From Eledone cirrhosa (Eukaryota), in assembly GCA_964016885.1 (NCBI GenBank), contig OZ024740.1, positions 355,818,001 through 355,882,000 on the forward strand: a stretch of 64,000 nucleotides of DNA, written 5' to 3'. The translations under genes were made by a program, and so were the position numbers. Of this stretch, positions 40,250-51,836 are shown piece by piece; within the stretch, counting starts at the first letter, position 1; the number at the start of each line of letters is the position of its first letter. A model generated the notes under the pieces. The model made no database searches. It was not told the origin of the DNA and worked only from the letters and a program-made list of their open reading frames with translations.

Positions 40250-43200
40250 TTTAAAACCTTCTCCTCGCTAACTACCCCATACCCCTCCCACCCGCCCCCA
40301 CTCTCCACCATTATTATTTGGACCAATCATAAGTCAGCGGCCTATGCTATCACTTCTCCTGGTTGCTTTTCGATATGATGGATGGACTAAGGAATTTCTG
40401 GAGAGTCTGAAGAATCTGGACACTCGGAGACAATGCCAAAGATAACGACAAATTCACCTCATGCTGCCGGACGAAAGGGCAAGGACTCCTCCTCTTTGTT
40501 TCGGCCGCGGATGGCCAACATAACCCCAACCCTATCCCCCCCCCCCCGCCCCACCTACCAAACGTAATCCAAAACTTCAGAGTTGGTACCATGAATGTAG
40601 GCACCTTAAAAGGTCGCTCTAACGAGGTTGTAGAAATGCTTGAACGTAAGGAGGTTGATGTTTGCTGTATCCAAGAGACCAGACAGAATAATTAAAATAA
40701 GACTTGTTCAAAATAGAACTACTGTGACAGTAATATCTGCGTACGCACCCCAATCCGGACTGCCTGGCGCTATAAAAGACAGATTCTATGAGACACTGAT
40801 TCTCACTACCTCCCAAATAACTGACAGTGACTATATAATTATTGCTGGCGACCTAAATGGTCACGTTGGACAACATTGTGACGGCTATGACGGAATCCAT
40901 GGAGGCTATGGGTTTGGTACTAGAAATGAGGAAGGCTCCAGAATCCTGGAATTCTGTGACGCAAATAACCTAACTATCTGTAACACTAACTTCAAAAAAC
41001 GGGATAATCACTTGATCACCTACAGATCAGGGGAACATACCAGCCAGGTAGATTATATCCTTACCAGAAGACGTGACACAGTGTCTGTTGTAAACACTAA
41101 ATCCCTCCCCCATGAAGAATGCACCTCCCAACATAGACTCATAATTAGTGACCTCATAGTCAGGACGAGACGTACTCGACAACAGAAGAGGACTATCCTC
41201 AGGAGAAAAATATGAAAGCTAAAGGACCCCACAGCCAGAAATAAATTTAAAAGCATACTACTTGATGCTTTCGACAGTAAGGAAGAGCAATTAGAGTCGT
41301 ACAATATAGAGGAGCAGTGGGAATTCCTGAAAGCAAACCTGCTGATGGCGGCAGACGAAGTCTGTGGCTGGAGCAGGCCTGTAGGCAGGAGGAGAGTAAC
41401 ATGGTGGTGGAACAGTAAGGTGGAGGGGTCAATTAAGGCCAAAAAGCAGGCTTGGAAAGTATGGCGGGATGGGGGAAGTAGAGAAGACTATCAAGTGGCC
41501 AGGAGGGAAGCTAGGAGACAAGTGTACTTCGCAAGAAGGGAAGCAGAGGAAAGAAAGTTCAAGCATGTTCTACAACGCGAGGACCAAAAACGTGAGGTGT
41601 TCAGGATTGCTAGGCAATGTGTCAAGGAAAACCATGATATTGTCGGGGAGAAGTGTGTACTTAATGATGACGGCGTACTTGCCATCACCGACGCTGATAA
41701 GAAGGTAGCCTGGAAGTGTCACTATGAAAGGCTACTAAATGAGGAGAATAAATGGGAGAAAGACAGTCTCCCCCACATCGACCCAATAGAGGGACCAGCA
41801 GTGTTAGTCGAGGGTAGTATAATAAGTAAGGCAATGAAGGATATGAAGACGGGTAAGGCAGCTGGGCCTTCGGAAATAGTTGCTGAGATGCTGAAGGCAT
41901 CTGGCACGGTGGGACACACCATGGTCACCCGGATAGTTAACCAAGTCGTACAGAATGGGGTTGTTCTGAAGGACTGGCGTAGCAGCATCATCGTTAACTG
42001 TTATAAGGTTAAAGGAGATGCCCTAGATAGGAGTAACTATAGAGGTATTAAATTAATCGACCAGATCATGAAGATCACAGAAACATAGCGCAACTAATCA
42101 GAGAGCGAATTGATCTAGATGAAATGCAGTTCGAGTTTGTGTCAGGTAAAAGTACCACAGATGCTCTTTTCATTGTACGACAACTACAGGAGAAGTACCT
42201 AGGTAAAAGTAAACTCCTATACTTAGCTTTTGTCGACTTGGAGAAAGCCTTTGACAGAGTCCCCGTTCCATTATCTGGTGGGCTCTTAGAAAACTAGGTG
42301 TTGATGAATGGCTTGTGAGAGCTATACAAGCCATGTATAAAGAAACAGTCAGCAAGGTTAGAATTAACAACGAATATAGCGAAGATTTTAGCGTAAAAGT
42401 TGGTGTTCATCAGGGCTCCGTTCTTAGCCCCCTACCTATTTATTATTGCCCTTCAGGCTATAACAGTGGAGTTCAAGACCGGCTGCACATGGGAACTCCT
42501 ATATGCAGATGATCTAACGCTCATAGCTGAATCAATGGCTGAACTAGAGAAGAAATTCCAAACATGGAAGCATGGCCTAGAATCAAAAGGCCTTAAAATT
42601 AACCTGTCTAAGACTATTTTCCTTCCTAAGTTCTAGTTTGTAGGAAGGAAAATAGGGCACCGGTCCCATCCGGGAAATGGCCATGCTCAGTGTGTAGAAA
42701 AGGAGTAGGCAGAAACTCCATTTTATGTCCCAAATGCAAAGTATGGGTACATAAAAGATGTAGTGGGATCACAGGTAAGCTAACAAAGAATATAGATTTT
42801 ATATGTGGCCGGTGCTCTGGTGCAATAAGTAGCAGCAAGTGCCCACAGAATACTAGCTCATTCCATTGCACAGATGGTTCTATAGAAATAGTGGACACCT
42901 TCCGTTACTTGGGTGACAAAATCAGCAGTTGTGGAGGGTGCGCTGAAAGTACAGTAGCTCGAGCCAGAACTGGATGGAAAAAGTTCAGAGAGCTTATACC
43001 ACTATTAGCCGCTAAACGGTTCTCTCTAAAAATGAAAGGCAGGCTGTATGATGCCTGCATACGAACAGCAATGTTACATGGCAGTGAGACCTGGGCATTG
43101 TGTGCAGAGGATATACGCAGACTGAAGAGGAACGAAGCTTGCATGCTCCGCTGGATGTGTAATAGTAATATATGTGAATGGCAAAGCATAAACGAACTAA

Positions 43201-43837
43201 GGGAAAAATTAGAAATAAGAGGGATCAGATGTTGTTTACTCAAGAGAAGACTACGTTGGTACGGTCACGTGATGCGCATGAAAGACAACAGCTGTATAAA
43301 AAAGTGCAGGGCAATAAAAATAGACGGTAGCCATGGAGTAGGCAGACCCAGAAAAACCTGGGACGACTTGATAAATTCCGAACTCACACACACCTCTTCA
43401 AGACAATGTCACTGGACCGAGATCTTTGGCGCGACACAGTAATACAAAAGACCCGCCTTACCTAAGTACAAAATGAAACCTACTACAGTCAGTAGGCACC
43501 TCTAACAAAAATACACGCCCGTCCCACTACCCCCACCCCATCCACACCACCCCTTTCAATGTAAAGTTATGTTGGTACCACAACATCCAGTCTGAAACAA
43601 ATGAGGTCGTGTAGGTGTCGCGACAAAAAAACACACAGTCCACACTGTAATGTGGCCATGTAGGTAACACGATAAAAACCTCCCAGTCCACACTGTAAAT
43701 GTGGTTGGTGTTAGGAAGGGCATCCAGCCGTAGAAAACCCGCCAGACAGTCTTATGCAAGCAAGGCAACCAATCTTGCCTCACGTGGGACAATTCCCGTC
43801 TAAACCCATGCTAACGATGATGATGATGATCATGATG

Positions 43838-43843
<6 letters not shown>
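40250..43843 (+). mobile_element. Near-full-length RTE LINE, defective
   Basis: APE motifs VGTMNVGTL..CCIQETR, SAYAPQ, GDLNGHVG, QVDYIL, SQHRLII; RT with YADD; PHD finger; 3' UTR and (GAT)n tail. Deletion after QETR, several stops and frameshifts. 5' boundary approximate. Confidence 0.93.
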
Positions 43844-43884
<41 letters not shown>

Positions 43885-43886
<2 letters not shown>

Positions 43887-44993
43887 CATTTCTGAATTTG
43901 TTTAGCAAGATTCTTTATCTGAAAACGTGTGTTGAAACCGATGTTGTTATACTTTGGGAGGGTCATGTTGCCAATAAGAAACACACGCACCAGTTGCTTT
44001 CACTCCAACTTATTATAAATTTAAAAAAAAAAATTTTTTTTCAAGAAATTTATAAATTTCCGGTTGGTTGGTTGGTTGGTTCCACAAATCCTCCATTCCC
44101 ATTATGCCAAACCCATGACTTCCAAATATCTGATCCACCGAAACTTAAACTTAATATTAAGATAGTAGAAAGATCAGGTACCTCCATAAAAACACTTATT
44201 AGTAATACATACCCTTTTCAAAGATCTCCCTGTATAGATAAGGAATGCATAATCTTTAAACTAAGCCCCCATATTAACTGTAAAACTAGAAACATAGTAT
44301 ATAGCATAAGATGTACTGAAGGACAATGTAAAGATAAGAATATAGTGTACATAGGTGAGACAGCTCGTAGCATAGGAGAACGGTTAAATGAACACTGGCG
44401 AGAGCTTCAAGATAGGAAAGAATCATCAATACTCCACCAACATGCTAAAATAGAACATAAGGGCAAATTATAGAACATATAAATAAAAATAAAATCTACA
44501 CACAGAAAAGACGCAATGTTTAGACAAATCACAGAGGCAATAAACATAAATGAACTCCAACTAAAATTAAATAGAAAACATGAATGGAATAGCAACATCA
44601 CAACTTACAATTAAGGACAAAATGAAAACACACAGAACAAACAACCAACCAGTAACATGTAAATAAACAAATAAAAACACACACAGACACCCGGATGTAT
44701 CACATGCGCAAACTAAGCACACAACACACACAAAAACAAGATGGCGTAGGATAGAAAAAAGGAGAGGCACAAAACAAAGAAAAGAAGCCCCAGTCACTGA
44801 AGAGGTCACAGAATGTGTGACGAAAGAACTTTGACAATATATGAACAACCGTCTGGTTGTGGAACCAACCAACCAACCGGAAATTTATAAATTTTTTGAA
44901 AAAAAAAAGAAATTTTTTAAAATTTATAATAAATTGGAGTGAAAGCAACTGGTGCGTGTGTTTCTTATTGGCAACATGACCCTCCCAAAGTAT

Positions 44994-44998
<5 letters not shown>
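43885..44998 (+). mobile_element. Penelope-like element with inverted pseudo-LTR
   Basis: 43885-44087 is an inverted copy of the element 3' end (matches 44858-44998 and 11930-12105); ~55-nt filler; truncated GIY-YIG ORF 44143-44613 (IVYSIRC..YIGETARS, internal stops); (TA)n on both sides. Confidence 0.92.
44793..44835 (+). ncRNA. Minimal type I hammerhead ribozyme motif in PLE 3' UTR
   Basis: GTCA CTGAAGA G GTCACA GAATG TGTGAC GAAA GAAC T T TGAC, in sense orientation to the GIY-YIG ORF. Confidence 0.75.
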
Positions 44999-45027
<29 letters not shown>

Positions 45028-45032
<5 letters not shown>

Positions 45033-46851
45033 CGGGGAGAAGTGTGTACTTAACGATGATGGCATACTTGCCATCACCGACGCTGATAAGAAGGTAGCTT
45101 GGAAGTGTCACTACGAAAGGCTTCAAAATGAGGAGAACAAATGGGAGAAAGACAGTCTCCCCCAGATCGATCCAATAGAGGGACCAGCAGTGTTAGTTGA
45201 AGGTAGTATAATAAGTAAGGCAATCAAAGATATGAAGACGGGTAAGGCGGCTGGGCCTTCGGAAATAGTTGCTGAGATGCTGAAGGCATCTGGTTCGGTG
45301 GGACACACCATGGTCACCCGGATAGTTAACCAAGTCGTACAGAATGGGGTTGTTCCGAAGGAATGGCGTAGCAGCATCATCGTTAACTGCTATAAGGGAA
45401 AAGGAGATGCCCTAGATAGGAGTAACTATAGAGGCATTAAATTAATCGACCAGGTCATGAAGGTCACGGAAAAAGTAATAGCGCAACTAATCAGAGAGAG
45501 AATTGATCTAGATGAAATGCAGTTCGGGTTTGTGTCAGGCAAAAGTACCACAGACGCTCTTTTCATTGTACGACAACTACAGGAGAAGTACCTAGCTAAA
45601 AGTAAACCCCTATACTTAGCTTTTGTCGACTTGGAGAAAGCCTTCGACAGAGTCCCCCGTTCCATTATCTGGTGGTCTCTTAGAAAACTAGGTGTTGACG
45701 AATGGCTTGTGAGAGCTATACAAGCCATGTATAAAGAAACAGTCTGTAAGGTTAGAATTAACAACGAATATAGTGAAGAGTTTAGCGTAAAAGTTGGTGT
45801 CCATCAGGGCTCTGTACTTAGCCCCCTACTATTTATTATTGCCCTTCAGGCTATAACAGAGGAGTTCAAGACCGGCTGCCCATGGGAACTCCTATACGCA
45901 GATGATCTAACGCTCATAGCTGAATCAATGACCGAACTAGAGAAGAAATTCCAAACGTGGAAGCACGGCCTAGAATCAAAAGGCCTTAAAATTAACCTGG
46001 CTAAGACTAAAGTTCTAGTTTGTAGGAAAGAAAATAAGGCGGCGGTCCCATCGGGGAAATGGCCATGCTCAGTGTGTAGGAAAGGCGTAGGTAGAAACTC
46101 CATTTTATGTCCCAAATGCAAAGTATGGGTGCATAAAAGATGTAGTGGGATCACAGGTAAGCTAACTAAGAACATAGATTTTACATGTGGCCGGTGCTCT
46201 GGTGCAATAAGTAGCAGCAAGTGCCCACAAAATACTAGCTCCTTCAACTGCGCAGAGGGTTCTATAGAAATAGTGGACAGCTTCCGTTATCTGGGTGACA
46301 AAATCAGCAGTGGGGGAGGGTGCTCTGAAAGTACAGTAGCTAGAGTCAGAACTGGATGGAAAAAGTTCAGAGAGCTTATACCACTATTAGCCGCTAGAGG
46401 GTTCTCCCTAAAAATGAAAGGCAGGTTATACGATGCCTGCATACGAACAGCAATGCTGCATGGCAGTGAGACCTGGGCATTGTGTGCAGAGGATATACGC
46501 AGACTAGAGAGGAACGAAGCTTGCATGCTCCGCTGGATGTGCAATAGTAATATACGTGAACGGCAAAGCATAAACGAACTAAGGAAAAAATTAGAAATAA
46601 GAGGGATCAGATGTTGTTTACTCGAGAGAAGGCTACGTTGGTACGGTCACGTGATGCGCATGAAAGACGACAGCTGTATAACAAAGTGCAGGGCAATAAA
46701 GATAGACGGTAGCCACGGAGTAGGCAGACCCAGAAAAACATGGGACGAGCTGATAAATTCCGACCTCACACGCTTACACCTCTCCAAGACAATGTCACTG
46801 GACCGAGACCTTTGGCGGTACTCAGTAATAGAGAAGACCCGCCTTACCTAA
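45028..46851 (+). CDS. Uninterrupted RTE reverse-transcriptase frame with embedded PHD finger (no endonuclease, no native start)
   Basis: The 553-aa ORF from 45190 extends 54 codons upstream without a stop; motifs NYRGIKL, QFGF, FVDLEKAFD, GVHQGSVLSP, YADD, FRYLG, RLRWYGHV. Confidence 0.9.
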
Positions 46852-47357
46852 ATACAAAGTAAAATCCTACTACAGTCAGTAGGCACCTCTATCAAAACAC
46901 ACCCCCGTCCCACCACTTCCACCCCACCCACACCGCCCCTTTCAATGTAAAGTTATGTTGGTCCCACAACATCCAGGCCGAAACAAATGAGATCGTGTAG
47001 GTGTCACGACAAAAAACACACAGTCCACGCTGTAAATGTGGCCATGTAGGCAACACGGTAAAAACCTCCCAGCCCCACACTGTAAATGTGGTTGGTGTTA
47101 GGAAGGGCATCCAGCTGTAGAAAACCCGCCAGACAGTCCACGCTGTAATGTGGCCGTGTAGGCAACACGGTAAAAACCTCCCAGCCCCACACTGTAAATG
47201 TGGTTGGTGTTAGGAAGGGCATCCAACTGTAGAAAACCCGCCAGACAGTCCTATGCAAGCAAGACAACCACTCTTGCCTCAAGTGGGAAAACCCCCGTCC
47301 AAACCCATGCAAGCGTGGAACACGGACGCTAAACCTGATGATGATGATGATGATGAT
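45028..47357 (+). mobile_element. RTE LINE, 5'-truncated young copy
   Basis: Starts at a (TA)n junction at a position homologous to 41639; duplicated ~110-bp unit in the 3' UTR (about 47022-47250); (GAT)n tail. Confidence 0.95.
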
Positions 47358-47358
47358 A

Positions 47359-47898
47359 TATATATAAGTTATAAGAATCAAAGAACTGTTCAAAACATTT
47401 TTATGCTTACAACTGTTTCCTCCAAACCGAGGTTTGGATTCTTCGGAGCAATTTATTAATGAATGAACACTTATATGACCTCCTTTTCAACCCAAGAGAC
47501 ATACAGATACATATGCAAACATTGTTGCTTGGTGGGTTGACATCCATTATGACATTTAGTGTGGCAGTATACATTTAGAGATTACATTCATATTAAAAGA
47601 TAAAATCAAAAATACAGGTTAAAATACAACATGAAATTAATGTATTTTTGATTTTATCTTTTAATATGAATGTAATCTCTAAATGTGTACTGCCACACTA
47701 AATGCTGTAATGGATGTCGACCCACCAAGCAACAATATTTGCATATGTATCTGTATGTCTCTTGGGTTGAAAAGGAGGTCATATAAGTGTTCATTCATTA
47801 ATAAATTGCTCCGAAGAATCCAAACCTCGGTTTGGAGGAAACAGTTGTAAGCATAAAAATGTTTTGAACAGTTCTTTGATTCTTATAACTTATATATA
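47359..47898. repeat. Fold-back inverted repeat, 258-bp arms with 24-nt spacer (47617-47640)
   Basis: The arms are reverse complements with about 6 substitutions; each carries a hammerhead motif. Confidence 0.95.
47807..47853 (+). ncRNA. Minimal type I hammerhead ribozyme motif (mirror copy on - strand at about 47404-47450)
   Basis: TGCT CCGAAGA A TCCAAACC TC GGTTTGGA G GAAAC AGTT GTA AGCA; GUA cleavage triplet; U4-to-C change in the core. Confidence 0.75.
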
Positions 47899-48682
47899 AC
47901 TGCTCTGTAAAACATCTGATGTTATTACATTGAGCTATTTAACTTACTGGTAATAAGGTAGTAATATATTACTGCCTATCACTATTTAGGGTTTGTAAAA
48001 ATATATATAACTCCAAAAGGTTTTTGTATTTGCATAACCATAAATAGTATCCTTAATACTATATATATATATAGACTGAGATTACAAGCCTTCCTTCTGG
48101 ACAGGATGCAATTCTAGAGTTAAACACCAGCTGTTGCTAGTTTTCATTGATCAATAAGAAATGAGGAATCAAACTCACAACACCACAATTATAATTTAAA
48201 CACTCTAACCACCAAGCTACCTGCCTTCATATTATGACTTAAGTCACAGGAAAATGATAAGGGTTTTGGTTTAAAATAAGCATATTAGTTATTGTATATG
48301 GGTTATATTATTGTTGCACTGCTGAGCAAACTGTAAAATATATAGTTCATTTTCATTTCACCTTTATAATGCAATGCGTATCAGTGACTGATGAAGATAA
48401 ATGCTAAATTTTTAATCCTTCATAGTGGCCAGGAAACAAAATTTATGGAAGAACAGTCTTATTGATTTAGTCATATAGCTTTATAGAACTTTATTAACAG
48501 ATGCTAAGCAGATTGCCAGAACAAAATATCAACTACAAACTGACTTTGATATATATTTTCTTTGATTAAATTTTTATCCATTTTGTTGAATTGGTTTCAC
48601 AAAAAGCATGGCTTAATCAACAGAATAATTACATGTAAATGTGACTAATTTATGATAGCAGATTGAATGAAAAGCAGTACTG

Positions 48683-48757
48683 TTCTAAAATCAGTTCTAA
48701 AAATCAGTTCTAAAAATCAGTTCTAAAATCAGTTCTAAAAATCAGTTCTAAAAATCA
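48683..48757. repeat. 12-13-bp tandem repeat (GTTCTAAAAATCA) x6
   Basis: Direct inspection. Confidence 0.9.
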
Positions 48758-48928
48758 ATAGTCCAAATCTTATATTTTTGCTACACTCCATGCTAACTCT
48801 TTCTCTATCTTTCTACTGGCTCTATCCAATTACACCAGAAAGAGTATATAACAGCATTACAATAATTTATTTGATCTGGATGATCACAGAGTTTTAGAAT
48901 AATCTAATCTTTGCTGGCACAATAATAA

Positions 48929-50068
48929 TGGTTTCTACTATAAACACAAGGCCAGCAATTTTGCGGGGAGGAGAAAGATGATTAAATCGACCTCAGTACA
49001 TTACTGGTGCCTTATTTTATCGACCCCATACGTATGAAAGGTAAAGCTAACCCTGGCAGGATTTGAACTCAGAACATTTAAGGGCCATAACACTATGCCA
49101 TTAAGCATGGTGTCTGATGCTCTACTGATACTGCCAATCCATCACCCTTTGCTGCTACAATAATAATAAAAACAGAAATAATAATTTCACCCATCTAAGT
49201 ACTAACTAGATTCGGCATTGCTTAACTTTGGTGATCAGAGGAGAACCAATGTTTTCAGCGTGATATGGCTGTAAAGAATAATAAAAATAATTTCTAATCT
49301 TGGCATAAGGCCAGCAACTTGGGGGAGGGGAAAGTCATTTATACTGATACTCTATTTTATCGACTCGGGAAGGATGAAAGGCAAACTTCACCTTGGCAGG
49401 ATTTGAACTGAGAACAAATACCTCCAAGTATTTTGTTAAATGTGCCAATCATTTATTCAATCCATTAACCTTATTATAATTGTTCTACTTTTGGCATAAG
49501 GCCAGCAATTTGAAGGGAATGTGAACATCACTCAAATCGACCTCAGTGAACTATTGATACTTTTTTTTATCAACCCCGTAAGGATAAAAGGCATAGCTAA
49601 CCTTCGCAGGATTTGAACTCAGAACATAAAAAGCCATTACCAAATGCTACAAAGCATTTTGTCTGATGTTCTAATTATTCTGCCAATCCACTGCCAACAA
49701 TAATAATAATTGTTTCTACTTTTGGCACAAGGCCAGCAATTATTCCAGTGTATTACTGGTACTTTATTTTATCAACCCCATAAGGATAACTGGCAAAGTA
49801 AACCTCGGTGGGATTTGAACTCAGACCATAAAGGGCTGTAACTCTTTGCTACCGATACTGCCAAATAATAATGGTTTCTAATTTAGGCATAAGGATAGCA
49901 GTTATAGAAAGGTAAAGTCAATTAAATTAACCCAAGTACTTGTACTTCATTTATTGACCCCTGAAAGATAAAAGGCAAAGTTGACTGAGTCAGTATTTAA
50001 ATTCAGAATGTAAAATGCAATGTAAAACAAATACAGCAAAGCATTAATAATTCTGCCAATATACCACC
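48929..50068 (-). mobile_element. Cluster of five co-oriented SINE-A copies
   Basis: Copies start at about 48929, 49290, 49480, 49711 and 49873, separated by (AAT)n tails. Confidence 0.88.
49187..49275 (-). pseudogene. 5S rRNA pseudogene, 3'-truncated (about 89 nt)
   Basis: Minus strand TTTACAGCCATATCACGCTGAAAACATTGGTTCTCCTCTGATCACCAAAGTTAAGCAATGCCGAATCTAGTTAGTACTTAGATGGGTGA matches the animal 5S rRNA 5' part, including box A (AGTTAAGCA) and box C (GATGGGTGA). Confidence 0.88.
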
Positions 50069-51599
50069 CTCAATAGTAATACTAAGGAGAAGAAGAATAA
50101 CAACAATAAATATATCAACAACAAAAATAATAATTTATTTATTTATTTTTATAATATCCCACACCTGTACAGTAAGCACCTAATTTAATAACAAAAATAC
50201 AACTCATACAAAGTATATTGAAGATCAATAAAATAACATAATTCTCATTACACACCATATACACAGTAAAACTAACACAAAAAACTAGAAACTAAACCTC
50301 AAAACAAAACACAACTGATGCTACACATTCCACATTCCACCAATCTACACATTCCACCAATCCCATCAAAAATAAGGACACAATGCTGCACATGTCTCAG
50401 AAATATGAAGATGCACCAGATAATGCTGTAGAAAAATCACATGAAACTACTAAAGAAATAATAATAATAATAATATGAAACTCTTTTACGTAAATCCTAC
50501 TTAGTTGAATTTCTATTACTTTCCAAACTGATATACATTTTAGTATTCCATCGAAGAATGAAATAAATAAATAAATGATTCAATGTTAAATATATCAAAT
50601 AATATATTTTTAAAAATATTTATTTATTCATTTATTTATTTATTGCTATTATTAAATACAAAAAAAGACATCAACTTGTGTATAGTAAATACATTTATTC
50701 TAAAATTTACTGTAAGTTAAGAATTTTTGCTAACAACACTTTGATGTTAAGAGCTTCATCCACTTCAGTGTGTAACTTTCAATTGTTAGTGAATCTTAAT
50801 TCAGAAAAGAGTATAAATGCCCTGAAGATATTGGTATATAGTCAACAAATGCAACTGAGATTATTGATAAAATCTATTTAGCTAACAGAACCATTTAGTT
50901 TTGTACATTAGTACATTTTCCAGATTGGATCAGTTGCAAGATGTTCAGCTTAGTAGTTTAGTATAGTGCTAAACAGTTATATATTATGCTCCAGCATTAT
51001 AAAGATATCCCATTTTTTCAATCATCATCATCATTTTACATTTGTTCTTCTATTCTGGTATGGATTTGAGGGGCAATTACAGTCTGAGTTAGTACTCTAT
51101 AGGAGCTACTTTTGTCCTAAACAGGCCAAGGATCATATCTCAAGCCATCATTTTATGCCTATTTTCCATTCTGCCATGGGTTGGACTGGGTTTCACGGAC
51201 TCAGACTAGACAAATTGGAGAGTTGTACTTGTATTTAAAAACACAAACCATGTCACACACTGCGTCATGCTGAATCTTCCTGAGAAGTTCATTTAGAGTA
51301 CACATGTCTGAGGAATGCATAGCTACTTGTATGCTCATTTTATGAGTGGTCTGTTCTATTGTTTGAACGATTGGACCATTGGTCATCAGAACTGGTGGAA
51401 GTCTGACATGACACTACACTGGTCTCTGCTTTTTTACACATCCTGACTATATTCTATCTCCAGCTCAGCTTCTATTTACTTTACAAACAGTACCGTGTCC
51501 CCAAATTCAACAAAGACTTCAAATCTTTACTCTTCAGAATTGCATGCTTCTAAAATCCTCTCTTTATACATGCTGTCTCTATAACTGGTACTGATTTAA

Positions 51600-51836
51600 C
51601 CCTTTTGATACCAAACCACCTGATACCGCCACTGGTTCTATTTGTTTTAAAGTACTTATATTATTTAAAAGCATTTTATAATAATTTTATGTAAGAACAT
51701 TTATATTCCAAACATTAACTTAATAATGAGAAAGTTATATTACTAATTCACCCAAATTCTTATTTAGTTTTAAAATGATTTGAAAAATCCTAATGTCTTT
51801 TATAAGAAATAAATTTTAACCCTCTTAACAAAAGGG
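51600..51836 (+). mobile_element. piggyBac-type MITE family 2
   Basis: TTAA|CCCTTTTGATA...TAACAAAAGGG|TTAA. Confidence 0.85.

Noticed and set aside
43754-44473. 239-aa ORF ending in a GIY-YIG domain as a novel fusion gene
   Set aside because: Chance read-through of an RTE tail, (GAT)n, (TA)n and an inverted pseudo-LTR into a truncated PLE ORF that ends at a premature stop.
45426-46571. Antisense ORFs over the RTE (also 35172-35618 and 41053-43243)
   Set aside because: Shadow frames of the RT coding strand.
51201-51590. Possible coding exon on the minus strand
   Set aside because: The upstream extension has several stops and no splice acceptor; more likely decayed repeat.
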